A DNA stretch of 64,000 nucleotides from Promethearchaeota archaeon (GCA_011364925.1 RDOA01000016.1:1-64000); one strand, 5' to 3'. Counted from the first letter of the stretch, positions 8,476 to 18,398 are shown. Numbers and translations: made by a program. The notes: generated by a model not told the origin, from the sequence alone.

Positions 8476-10767
8476 ATGAATGAAATTTATGAAATTTTAT
8501 TTATTTCTAATTCTAAAGACGGAGAATCTCCAGTATTGCAAAAATTAAAAGAACAAAACTTTAGGGTACAATTAGAGTCCTTCGAGAATCAAATTAATTT
8601 ATGCTCAGTTGTAACTAGAGGAACAAGGGATCTTATTTTATCTGATTATGAGTCATGGGCACAAACAGGATTGGAAATATTAAGAATGATTAAAGAAAGA
8701 GATTTAATGGTTCCTTATGTTGTTATAGGTAAGGAATTAGACGAACAAGCAATGATTTCCCTAATAGAAACTGGTGTAAGTGATTATATTGAAGAATGTA
8801 ATCTGCATCATTTGATCCCTACAATTAAACGAGAGATAAGAAATTCTCTTACCGTAAAAAAACTTAAAAATATAAATTTTTCTCAATGTTTAACTGAAGA
8901 GAAATTCCAAACATTACTCAATATTTCGAAATTTATGATTTATACCTTAGATTTAAACACGGATCTTGTTGATATTAATAATGCTTTTAATGAGTTTTCA
9001 GGTTATGATAAGGATGAAATCCTGGATTCATCAAACATTTATGAATTCATCCATCCTAATGATAAAAAGATTCTTATCAATGGAATTCAAAAAGTTATGG
9101 ATGGTATGTTTGTTAATAATATTGAATTTAGGTTCAAAAGGAAGAATGGATCTTACATGCTATTATCTTCGAATCTAGCACCAATTTTTGATAATCAAAA
9201 TGAAATGATTGGTATCCTTTTTGTTTCCGAAGATTTGACGAAAAGTAAGGAAATCGAACAGTCTATTGAAGATCATATCCATAGACAAGCTTTAATTGCA
9301 CAATTTGGTTTGGAAACTATTACTGAAAAAGAAATCGATAATGTATTTATAAAAGCAACAACTTTACTCGCAAAAATACTGGATGTTGAATATACAAAAG
9401 TGCTTGAAATTCTTCCTGATAAAAAATTTTTGAAATTACGAGCTGGAGTTGGTTGGCATGAGGGATTGGTTGGAAACGCTACTGTTGAAAACAATAAAAA
9501 TTCACAAGCTGGTTTTACATTACTAACTACTGCTCCGGTAATCGTGGAAAACCTAAAAACTGAAACAAGGTTTTGTGCTCCAAAACTTCTCGCGGATCAC
9601 GATGTTATCAGTGGAATGAGTGTTATAATTCAGGGAAAAAATAACCCCTTCGGTATTTTAGGAATTCACACAAAAAAACATAGGATATTTTCTAAAGATG
9701 ATATTAACTTCTTACAATCTGTCGCGAATGTTCTTGCAGGAGTTATTGTTCGTGATTCCACTGAGAAAGATTTAAGAGAAAGTGAAGAAAAGTATCGAAT
9801 GTTGACAGAACAATCATTATTAGGAACAATTATCATATCCAATGGACAAATTATTTTTGCAAACAAAGGTATTTCTAACATTTTAGGATTTTCAATAAAT
9901 GAACTCCTCTCATGGGATATTAACACCATAAACCAGCATATTCATCCAGAAAATAGACAAATAATAATTGAAAATTATAATAAAATTTTAAATGAAGAAA
10001 TATCCTCGTTTCAATCCGAAATTCAAATGAAAAAAAAAAATAACAAATATCTGTATATTCAGCAGTATTCAAAAAGAATCCCGTTCCAAGGAAGTTCTGC
10101 CTTATTTATAAATATAATCGATATTGATAAACAGAAAAATAACGAATCATTGCTAGAATCTTCGCTAGCTGAAAAAGAAATACTCTTGAAAGAAATTCAC
10201 CATAGAGTAAAGAACAATTTGCAAATCATTTCAAGTTTAATTGTTTTACAAGAGCAATATGTAACAGATGACAGAATTCTTCATATTTTCAAGGATTTCC
10301 AAAATCGCATCAAAGTCATGGCATTAATACACCAAACATTATATAACTCCGAAAATTTAAACAAGATCCACCTCTCAAAATATATAAAAAACCTTGTTGA
10401 CAATCTTTTTAAAGTATATTCAGCAAGTTTTAAACAGATTAAGTTAGAATTGGATATCGAAGATGTTGATTTCAATTTAGACAATGCTAATGCTTGCGGT
10501 TTAATTATAAATGAACTTGTATCTAACTCGTTGAAACACGCATTTTCTCGAGATGATAAAGGGAAAATTATTGTTACTTTGAAAAAAACTGGAGAAGAGA
10601 AAATCTTATTGGATGTTTATGATAATGGGAGAGGTTTTCCTGAAGACTTAGATTATAAGAATTCAGATTCATTAGGATTAAAACTTATAACAACCATAAC
10701 CAAACAGATGAATGGGAAAATTTCCATTGAAAGAAATAAAGGAACTCATGTTAAAATCACGTGGTAA
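8476..10767 (+). CDS. Soluble sensor histidine kinase (pseudo-REC, PAS, GAF, PAS, HisKA_2, HATPase)
   Basis: EIHHRVKNNLQ H-box; NELVSNSLKHAF; DNGRGFP; SLGLKLI; two PAS domains (IHP motifs) and a GAF (DDINFLQSVAN). Confidence 0.92.
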   Translation: MNEIYEILFISNSKDGESPVLQKLKEQNFRVQLESFENQINLCSVVTRGTRDLILSDYESWAQTGLEILRMIKERDLMVPYVVIGKELDEQAMISLIETGVSDYIEECNLHHLIPTIKREIRNSLTVKKLKNINFSQCLTEEKFQTLLNISKFMIYTLDLNTDLVDINNAFNEFSGYDKDEILDSSNIYEFIHPNDKKILINGIQKVMDGMFVNNIEFRFKRKNGSYMLLSSNLAPIFDNQNEMIGILFVSEDLTKSKEIEQSIEDHIHRQALIAQFGLETITEKEIDNVFIKATTLLAKILDVEYTKVLEILPDKKFLKLRAGVGWHEGLVGNATVENNKNSQAGFTLLTTAPVIVENLKTETRFCAPKLLADHDVISGMSVIIQGKNNPFGILGIHTKKHRIFSKDDINFLQSVANVLAGVIVRDSTEKDLRESEEKYRMLTEQSLLGTIIISNGQIIFANKGISNILGFSINELLSWDINTINQHIHPENRQIIIENYNKILNEEISSFQSEIQMKKKNNKYLYIQQYSKRIPFQGSSALFINIIDIDKQKNNESLLESSLAEKEILLKEIHHRVKNNLQIISSLIVLQEQYVTDDRILHIFKDFQNRIKVMALIHQTLYNSENLNKIHLSKYIKNLVDNLFKVYSASFKQIKLELDIEDVDFNLDNANACGLIINELVSNSLKHAFSRDDKGKIIVTLKKTGEEKILLDVYDNGRGFPEDLDYKNSDSLGLKLITTITKQMNGKISIERNKGTHVKITW

Positions 10768-11603
10768 GCAAAAGTAAAATGGCACAATTAAAAGTCATGA
10801 TTGTAGAAGATGAGTTAATAACCGCTGAGGCTATAGCAATTCTTTTAAAAAAATTAAATTATGAACCTGTTGCTATCGTTTCTTCTGGAGAGGAGGCAAT
10901 TTCCAAACTCCAAAATTTAAATCTTGATTTGGTATTAATGGATATTATTCTTGCAGGAGCTATGGATGGAATTGAGACTGCGCAAATCATTAATGAAAAC
11001 TACAGCGTTCCCGTTATATTTATAACTGCTTATGGAGATAAAAATACCTTGGATCGAGCGAAAATTTCAGAACCTTATGGATATATCGTAAAGCCTATAA
11101 CAAATGAAGATGAACTTCTACCTCCAATAGAACTTGCTATGTATAATCATCAAGTAAAGAATAAGCTTAAAGAGGATCATGAAAAATTTGAGCAAATTAA
11201 GCAACTGGTTCAACCAGATGGTTTGATTTTACCTCCCAGAGTTATAGAATCTCCAGAAGAGGGAACTCCTCTCGAACGAGTAGCTAAAAATGTAGATCCT
11301 ATGCTTGAAATAGAAATCTCAGGCACAAGAATTAATTTAGTTGAATGGTTAAAATCGTTCTCAAATCCTGATCGATTTTTAATATTAGAGCTAATAAAAT
11401 CTCAACCTTTAAAATTAGACGAAATACAAACCTTTATCGGGAAATCTCAATCCACGACTTCACACCATATTAAGAGATTAGAAAAAACTGGATTTATTAA
11501 GGGTTGGAAGCGTGGAAAATATATATATTATTCATTAGATAAACAATATATGACGGAATTTGTGAATCTGTGGGAGAATTGGATTATAAGGCTCTCCTCG
11601 TAA
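10761..11603 (+). CDS. Response regulator, REC fused to a C-terminal ArsR-type winged HTH
   Basis: IVEDE, LMDI, ITAY and VKP receiver motifs; SNPDRFLIL...SQSTTSHHIKRLEKTGFI ArsR motif. Confidence 0.88.
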   Translation: MVSKSKMAQLKVMIVEDELITAEAIAILLKKLNYEPVAIVSSGEEAISKLQNLNLDLVLMDIILAGAMDGIETAQIINENYSVPVIFITAYGDKNTLDRAKISEPYGYIVKPITNEDELLPPIELAMYNHQVKNKLKEDHEKFEQIKQLVQPDGLILPPRVIESPEEGTPLERVAKNVDPMLEIEISGTRINLVEWLKSFSNPDRFLILELIKSQPLKLDEIQTFIGKSQSTTSHHIKRLEKTGFIKGWKRGKYIYYSLDKQYMTEFVNLWENWIIRLSS

Positions 11604-11644
11604 ATAAGTAATAAATAATAGAAATTAGAAATAAGAATTAAATC

Positions 11645-11992
11645 ATGAACAAATCAACAGAAAAGAAAATTAATAATATAATAAAAAATTTCAACGAAAA
11701 TCAATCGTATAAACTTTTACGAGAATCTATGGAAATTATAGGTAATGAAGAACGGTTTTTAATTCTCAATTTGTTAAAGGAGAAACCATGTCTACTCTCT
11801 GATATTGAACAAAGGATGAATAGAAATCAACCATCGATCTCTCATCATATCAGAATTTTAGAAGATCATGGATTTATTCACAGTTCAAAGGTAGGCAAAT
11901 TCAAAGAATACTCCATTTCCAAAGAAAAGTTTGGAGAATTATTAAAAGTCTGGAATCAATGGTTCAATATAATTCGATCCAAGAAATATTAA
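11645..11992 (+). CDS. ArsR/SmtB-family transcriptional regulator
   Basis: NEERFLIL...NQPSISHHIRILEDHGFI. Confidence 0.88.
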   Translation: MNKSTEKKINNIIKNFNENQSYKLLRESMEIIGNEERFLILNLLKEKPCLLSDIEQRMNRNQPSISHHIRILEDHGFIHSSKVGKFKEYSISKEKFGELLKVWNQWFNIIRSKKY

Positions 11993-12005
11993 ATTGAAAG
12001 AAAGT

Positions 12006-12554
12006 CTATCTATGAATTTCTTTTATTAAAGCATTAAAAGCTTCATCAAGCCCTTGACCTGTTTTTGCTGAAGTGATATAATAGCCAATTATGTTCAGCT
12101 TCTTAACAAGATTTTGAATTTGTAATTTATCTAAACTTTGTTCGTCTACTAAATCGACTTTATTAGCAAAAACAACAATTGGTATCTCACCGCAAAACTG
12201 TTTAACATCTTCATACCATCTTGTAATATGATTAAAACTCCGTTCTCCAAGATTGTTTCTTTCTAAACTATATACAATAATCGCTGCTTTACTAGCTCGA
12301 TAAAAAGAAGGACGTAAGAAATGAAAATCATCTTGTCCCGCAATATCCCAAAATATTAATTCAAATTTATATCCATCGACTTCCGTCTTATAGTTAGTGA
12401 GTTGAGCACCTATCGTTTTAATATAATCAGTTTGGAAGGTTCCTTGAGTAAATCTTTGAAGTAACGACGTTTTCCCAACGCTCCCATCTCCTATAATAGT
12501 AACTTTAATTTTCAATTTCTTCTTTGTAGGTTCTTCTTCCAAACTAAAACACAC
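12006..12554 (-). CDS. Rab/Ras-like small GTPase with canonical G boxes
   Basis: G1 GDGSVGKTS, G2 YIKTIG, G3 WDIAGQ, G4 NKVD, G5 TSAK. Confidence 0.93.
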   Translation of the reverse strand: MCFSLEEEPTKKKLKIKVTIIGDGSVGKTSLLQRFTQGTFQTDYIKTIGAQLTNYKTEVDGYKFELIFWDIAGQDDFHFLRPSFYRASKAAIIVYSLERNNLGERSFNHITRWYEDVKQFCGEIPIVVFANKVDLVDEQSLDKLQIQNLVKKLNIIGYYITSAKTGQGLDEAFNALIKEIHR

Positions 12555-12615
12555 ACATATAAATTCCTTTTACTTTCAAGTATAATTAGGTATTTCTAAA
12601 TATAAAGCTTTAGAA

Positions 12616-15090
12616 TTAGGAGCTTTCAATATCTGTCAAAAATATGTCCGCAATAATTAACCACTTCTTTTTGAGTTCGTAATCGCTGAAGCATTTGTTT
12701 GTATATTCTTTTCCTTTCTTTAGATATTCAGTAGCTTGTTGGAATTCACCAACCTCCTTGAAACAAATACCAAGTTTAATGTATGTTTGATAGATAAACC
12801 ATTCGTTACTACTTAATTCAATTGCTTTTTGAAATTGTTGAGCTGCTTTTTCGTATTCTTCATAATTCATCAAAATTTCTCCATAAGAATCGTAAAATGC
12901 ACCATTTTCTTTCTCGGTTTCAATAAGTTCCTCAAGAAGTTTCAGTGCCTCTTCTTTCTTGTCTACGTATTGATACCAATAAGCTTTAAAACTACGTAAC
13001 TCATTATCCTCAGGATTTTTATCAAGTAATTCCTCAACTATTTTAAATCCTTTATCTAAATCTCCTAACAATTTGTACACCGAGGCTTTCTTCATCTGAA
13101 GGTCCTTCTCAATTTTCGGAAACAACTCTAACATCTCATCGAGCAAATCGAGCAGCACTAAATATTCGTTAAAATACAAAAGGATGGCACTCTTGGTTTG
13201 ATAGAACTCAACCTTATTTGGTACGATATCAATAGCTTTATTAATTAAATCGACCGATTCTTCGTATTTATTTGACTCGAGTAATACCCTACTTTTTAAC
13301 ATAAATAATAATGCTCTATTAACATTATAGGAATCCATTGCTATCGCTTTGTCAAGATCCTTTAAGCCTGGATCTTGATTTGCTTTTTCAGCGTCAAATT
13401 TGTATATAAAGTTATACGCAAGTACGATCCCCCTAGTCGCGTGAGAAAGAGCGTGTTCAGGGAACTTCCAGATAATTTCGTTCCCTATCTCTAATGCATG
13501 ATTGAAATCTCCAATAGTAAGGCTTGAAAATGCTGCAAGTAAGGAAAAGAGAACTAAAAGTTGGTCTTCATCGCGCGATAATTCTAGTTCTGCGTTTATC
13601 AATTTTAACACATCTTCATGCATGTTCAAAAAACCCAAAATGGTCGCTTTAACGATTATAAGAACACTATCGTATTCAGATGATTCAATGGTATCTTCTA
13701 TACTTTCGAGAGCTTTTACATATTCTTTGTCGTCTATTAGTCTTTGGCATTCTTCATTTTGATTCACTAATTTCTTTTCGTAGTAAGGTTGGAGTAATTC
13801 TAATAACACGGTATCTAACTGATAATTTATTTCACTCTGTCCTATGAATTGATATTGTAAATCTTCGGGACTTCTTGATTGATATACATCTATCATGTTC
13901 TGCCATATAATTGCGTCTAATTTGTCGTAAGTTTCTTTAAGTTCCTCCTTTTTCTCGATTTTGTAGGCTAAATACTTAATGTAACTTGGCAAGAATCGTC
14001 TTAAAGAATCTCGAAGAGCTTCCTTGAATATATATCCACATATATCGTCTAAAACCGCCTTTTCGACGTTTAAGGCGTTAAACTCTCTTGAAAACAACCT
14101 ATTGAGGTAAGTTAGCTTAGTAATGTGGTTTTCCGTTATAGTTCGAAGCATTGATTCCACCTTTTCATCCTCCTGAAAAAAATACACTACATCTGGTGAG
14201 GGTTCCAATGTGAAGAATTTAATGGGATAAATTTGGTTCTCTACAATCTCATCGATGTAATACTCTAGTTTTGATTGTTTTATTTCATAATTGTTCGCAA
14301 AATCTTTAAGAGATATAAATTCAGGGTAGTGATCGGGGTGGTTAATGGAAAGATATAAAATTATTTTTTCAAAATCAGTTTGGTCCGTTAACATAGACTT
14401 AACTCTCTCGTAATCAAGTTTCAAGATTGTTTCAAGATATCGAAATTGAATGTTTTCATCATTCACATGATAATCAGTAAAAAATTTTATTGTCTTTTTA
14501 GTAATTTCGTCAATCCGTTTACTTTCTTCCTCTAAAATTGACTGTCGATCTAAATCATAGTTTTGTAGCATTTTCGAATATTCAATTTTACCCGCATTGG
14601 TTATCTTGTACTCTTTATTCTCTCTTATTATCAATGCTTTATTGAGTAGGATGTTCATTTTTTTTGAAAGTGATGATTGATTTATCGCTAGAGGAGGCTC
14701 AAGAAAATTTGACCACTTACACACGCTATTGTTATATACCATGTAAAGAATCCAATCTTCATAGTTTCTACGTCGCGTAATAACTCCAGGAGGGTAGTTC
14801 AATTTTTTAGGCTTTCCATGAGCCCTAGAAATTTCATTAAACCGTTTTCGCCCTTCCTTTGATATTTGATAATGTCCGTATTTATATTTTATGACATAAT
14901 TCTTGCTTTTTAACAGGGTTAAGTGTTTAGAAAGAGTAGATTCTGTAATGTTTAGTGGATCTTGCGTAAAATCAGACCATTGACAATGCTCATTATTAGC
15001 TAGCATCCATAGGATAATGTGTTCAAAATCTTTACGGTGTATTTTAAAATCTTTATAAAGTTCTTCGGGAGGATAATTAGTATAGCTCAT
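12616..15090 (-). CDS. Protein with tandem N-terminal winged-HTH repeats and C-terminal TPR repeats
   Basis: Two ~80-aa repeats (NYPP...IL.M..NN..C.WS.F...PL.I..S.LSK...Y.I...G). C-terminal TPR-like helices (YDSYGEILM...AAQQFQKAIEL). Likely start MSYTNYPP. Confidence 0.78.
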   Translation of the reverse strand: MSYTNYPPEELYKDFKIHRKDFEHIILWMLANNEHCQWSDFTQDPLNITESTLSKHLTLLKSKNYVIKYKYGHYQISKEGRKRFNEISRAHGKPKKLNYPPGVITRRRNYEDWILYMVYNNSVCKWSNFLEPPLAINQSSLSKKMNILLNKALIIRENKEYKITNAGKIEYSKMLQNYDLDRQSILEEESKRIDEITKKTIKFFTDYHVNDENIQFRYLETILKLDYERVKSMLTDQTDFEKIILYLSINHPDHYPEFISLKDFANNYEIKQSKLEYYIDEIVENQIYPIKFFTLEPSPDVVYFFQEDEKVESMLRTITENHITKLTYLNRLFSREFNALNVEKAVLDDICGYIFKEALRDSLRRFLPSYIKYLAYKIEKKEELKETYDKLDAIIWQNMIDVYQSRSPEDLQYQFIGQSEINYQLDTVLLELLQPYYEKKLVNQNEECQRLIDDKEYVKALESIEDTIESSEYDSVLIIVKATILGFLNMHEDVLKLINAELELSRDEDQLLVLFSLLAAFSSLTIGDFNHALEIGNEIIWKFPEHALSHATRGIVLAYNFIYKFDAEKANQDPGLKDLDKAIAMDSYNVNRALLFMLKSRVLLESNKYEESVDLINKAIDIVPNKVEFYQTKSAILLYFNEYLVLLDLLDEMLELFPKIEKDLQMKKASVYKLLGDLDKGFKIVEELLDKNPEDNELRSFKAYWYQYVDKKEEALKLLEELIETEKENGAFYDSYGEILMNYEEYEKAAQQFQKAIELSSNEWFIYQTYIKLGICFKEVGEFQQATEYLKKGKEYTNKCFSDYELKKKWLIIADIFLTDIESS

Positions 15091-15275
15091 AATTTGTCTC
15101 CTTTTTCTTTTCCATGTTGAATTGCTCAAATAAAAAATAGGCATCGAACTATTTAAACTATTCCATACTTGCTAAAGTATTCGAACTTTTCTTAAAGTTT
15201 CGCAATAAAAACTATTTAATCAAGTTTATTATATTTTCTAGTAACAAACAAAATAGGTTATGAAGTGGAAAAATC

Positions 15276-16004
15276 ATGCAAGATGTAGAAAAGGTCTATC
15301 AGGGTGCGTATTACAAGTCAAAATGTCTTGAAGGGTTATTCATTCACGATATTTCAAATCTATTCCAAATCATCAGTAATTCAATCGAACTATGCGGGAT
15401 GTTACTAAAAGAGGAAGGAGCATCAGAAAGTATTGCTGAGTATTTCCAAATGATCTCACAACAATTAACCCGAGGTAAAAAGTTGATTAGGAATGTTAGG
15501 AATATTTCAGACTTGGAAGAATATGAAATGCGTTTGGAGCCAATAGAAGTTTTTTCTGAACTAAAAAAAGCAGTGAATTTTTCAAGGAATAGCTTCCCTA
15601 AGCGAGAAATTGAGATTAAAATTACCTCCGAACATACGATCCTTTACACCTTAGCAAACGAAATATTATGCGAAGTCTTCGAAAACATCATTATTAATGC
15701 GATTAAGTATAACAAAAGCAATCCTGTTCAAATCGAAATCATCGTCTCTAAAGTAGAAGCTCGCTCCGAAAACTGTGTACAAATTGAAATCAAAGACAAC
15801 GGTATAGGCATCGATGACGAGAGAAAAGAAATGATCTTTCAAGAAATCCATTTAAATCGCGAACACTCTAAGGGTATGGGAATTGGATTATCATTAGTCG
15901 CTAAGTTAATAGGAATATATAGCGGTAAGATTTGGGTCGAAGACCAAATTAAGGGAGACTCATCGATGGGAAGCAACTTCATAATCCTACTTCCGTTTGT
16001 ATAA
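15276..16004 (+). CDS. Histidine kinase core (HisKA + HATPase) without a sensor domain
   Basis: HDISN H-box at about residue 24; FENIIINAIKY; DNGIGI; GMGIGL. Confidence 0.88.
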   Translation: MQDVEKVYQGAYYKSKCLEGLFIHDISNLFQIISNSIELCGMLLKEEGASESIAEYFQMISQQLTRGKKLIRNVRNISDLEEYEMRLEPIEVFSELKKAVNFSRNSFPKREIEIKITSEHTILYTLANEILCEVFENIIINAIKYNKSNPVQIEIIVSKVEARSENCVQIEIKDNGIGIDDERKEMIFQEIHLNREHSKGMGIGLSLVAKLIGIYSGKIWVEDQIKGDSSMGSNFIILLPFV

Positions 16005-16027
16005 AAAAAAAAGGTAGGTGATGTTAA

Positions 16028-16873
16028 ATGGTATATAGTTATGAAAACATGAAAAATGGTAAGTTAAAGAAGGATATAAAATGGTATACATATGTAGACT
16101 CACGCCTTGATTCAAAATTACAGGAATTCATGGATGAATACGAGATCACAAACCAAGCGAAAATCATTAGGACTTTTGTAGATTATAGTATAGATTATAT
16201 AAAAGCGATTGTTGAGAAGAAAGCGTGCTACGATATCCAAAATTACAATGAATCTGAACTTGATGCTTTAATCAGGAAAGCAATAGAAGAATATGAAATT
16301 GGGAATAATTTTTACGAAGAATTAAAACAGAAAATCTCGCCGCTTAAGGTTTCGCTTTTAATGCTAAATAATTACATTAAAGATCCAGATAAACTAACAG
16401 AAGGCATTCAGAACGCAATTGACGCTTTAAAGGAGCTCGAAGATATTGTGTCGCGTCATTTTGAAGAACCAAATATCGTTAGGTTTGTGAGGAAAATTGA
16501 TATCCTGTATATTGAAGACAACGAGTTAGAACGAAGAACGATCGATCATTTCTTCAAATTGAAGGGTGTAGAAATTAAATCAGTTGAGACCTCCGATGAA
16601 GCTTTGCAGATTCTTAAAACAGTTACGCCTCGAGCCATATTGCTTGACATTAATTTAAAGACGAGCAATATAAATGGAGATAACTTCTGTCAAATGCTAA
16701 AGTCAAAACCTCAGTACGATTCGATTCCTGTAATATTAATATCCGCAGCTGTTTCCGAAAAAGAGAGACACGAAGTTTTAGCAAGAACAAAAGCAGATGA
16801 TATCATTTTTAAACCCATTGACAGGTTGAAAGAGTTAGACATCATGTTTAAGCATCTGAAAGAGAAATATTGA
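16028..16873 (+). CDS. Response regulator with N-terminal RHH-like region and C-terminal REC
   Basis: C-terminal ILYIEDN, ILLDINL, ISA, FKP. N-terminus has a beta-alpha-alpha pattern (YTYVDSRLDSKLQEFMDEYEITNQAKIIR). Confidence 0.8.
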   Translation: MVYSYENMKNGKLKKDIKWYTYVDSRLDSKLQEFMDEYEITNQAKIIRTFVDYSIDYIKAIVEKKACYDIQNYNESELDALIRKAIEEYEIGNNFYEELKQKISPLKVSLLMLNNYIKDPDKLTEGIQNAIDALKELEDIVSRHFEEPNIVRFVRKIDILYIEDNELERRTIDHFFKLKGVEIKSVETSDEALQILKTVTPRAILLDINLKTSNINGDNFCQMLKSKPQYDSIPVILISAAVSEKERHEVLARTKADDIIFKPIDRLKELDIMFKHLKEKY

Positions 16874-17011
16874 AGCGAAATCAAATAGGACTGGATTTAG
16901 TGCATATTTCTTGAAAATGTAAAGTATGATACCCAGAACAGTTATTGCGGAGAAAATCGACAACTCTGTCATTAAGCTTAAATTGAAGTTTTTCTCTTTA
17001 ATATATTAAAA

Positions 17012-17683
17012 ATGTTAATTTGCGAAAGTTATCTTTTAATTTACCTTGAAAAGTGGAAAGATAGAAAATCTATAGCGATAGGCCAGGATGCAATCGTTTG
17101 TTTAGCAGGAGCTGGGATAATAGACTTAATTCTTAGAGAAAAACTAACGCTAGATGGAAAAAAGATAAAATTTATTGATACAAACCCAACCGGAGTTGAG
17201 TTTTTAGATGAGATTCTTACCATGGTAAAAGAATCAAAGAAGGTTCGTAAACTATATAGTTGGATCACTCGAATTGCTGGTAGACATAATGTGGACCGTA
17301 TAAATCTAGTTTTTAAAAGTCTTGAAAATCAAGGCATCCTACAATTTGAAAAAAGAGTGGCAGCTAAGATTTTTTATAAATGGAGTTATAATTTTATAAA
17401 ACCAGAGCTAATACAATCGTTATTACAACAAGTTCAGAACGCTTTTATTGAGAGCAGTATTGAACCTGAAATCGAGCTATTATGCTTATTGAACTTATTG
17501 CAACAAAGTAGACTATTTAGTGTGTGTATTTCAAAAGAATACAGAAATTTAGTGAAACATCGAATGGAGCAATTACTTCTCTTCGGAAATTACGATCCTA
17601 GCCATTTAGAAATGATAAAACTTGTAAAAAAAGCTATTAAATCAGCTCTAACAGAAGTAGGGGTAGAAGCAATCCCCTTTTAA
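17012..17683 (+). CDS. GPP34 (GOLPH3/Vps74)-family protein, copy 1
   Basis: ESYLLIYL...LAGAGIIDLILREKL...DTNPTGVEFLDEIL...WITRI...LENQGIL pattern. Confidence 0.78.
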   Translation: MLICESYLLIYLEKWKDRKSIAIGQDAIVCLAGAGIIDLILREKLTLDGKKIKFIDTNPTGVEFLDEILTMVKESKKVRKLYSWITRIAGRHNVDRINLVFKSLENQGILQFEKRVAAKIFYKWSYNFIKPELIQSLLQQVQNAFIESSIEPEIELLCLLNLLQQSRLFSVCISKEYRNLVKHRMEQLLLFGNYDPSHLEMIKLVKKAIKSALTEVGVEAIPF

Positions 17684-17708
17684 ATATAAAACGAGGTTTA
17701 AATTATCC

Positions 17709-18371
17709 ATGTTGATATGTGAAAGTTATTTATTAATTTATCTTGAAAGATGGAAAGACAGAGATACTATAACAATAACTAATCCTGCAGGTGTGTGTCT
17801 AGTAGGTGCTGGAATAATGGATTTAATCCTTAGAGGAAAATTAATGATAGAAGGAAAGAAGCTAACAACGCATGATACATCTCGGACTGGAATTGCCTTT
17901 TTAGATGAAATCCTTACTATGATAAAGGATTCCAAGAAGATTCGTAAGTTAAATCGTTGGGTAATTGGTATTTCAGGCTATCATAGCCTTCAACGTTATA
18001 ATTTAATTTTCCAAAGCTTGGAGCGTCAAGGAATTATAAAATTTCAACAAATTGTTTCTGGCAGAATTTTTATCAAATGGAAGTATGAATTTACTAATCC
18101 AGAGGTAATACCATCGTTATTGGAGCGAATTGAGAAAATATTTATTGAAACTATTGACCCTGAAATTGAGTTATTCTGCTTATTGAATTTGTTGAGAATC
18201 AGTAGATTATTTAAAATCTCTGTATCTGAAGAATATAGAAAAACGGCTAAATTTCGGATGGAGCAATTACTTCAAGCTGGTGATTACGATCATAAACATT
18301 TGGAAATGATTGTAAAAATAAAAAAAGCTTATAGAGCCGCTGAGAGAAATAGATATCAAAGCATCGTATAA
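17709..18371 (+). CDS. GPP34 (GOLPH3/Vps74)-family protein, copy 2
   Basis: Collinear tandem paralog of 17012..17683 (MLICESYLLIYLE.WKDR start shared). Confidence 0.78.
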   Translation: MLICESYLLIYLERWKDRDTITITNPAGVCLVGAGIMDLILRGKLMIEGKKLTTHDTSRTGIAFLDEILTMIKDSKKIRKLNRWVIGISGYHSLQRYNLIFQSLERQGIIKFQQIVSGRIFIKWKYEFTNPEVIPSLLERIEKIFIETIDPEIELFCLLNLLRISRLFKISVSEEYRKTAKFRMEQLLQAGDYDHKHLEMIVKIKKAYRAAERNRYQSIV

Positions 18372-18398
18372 AAGTTATTGATTATTAATTAAGTGTAT

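Noticed and set aside
15145-15220. Short palindromes (ATACTT-N4-AAGTAT, AACTTT-N4-AAAGTT) in the divergent promoter
   Set aside because: AT-rich 6-bp arms with inconsistent cores; expected by chance.
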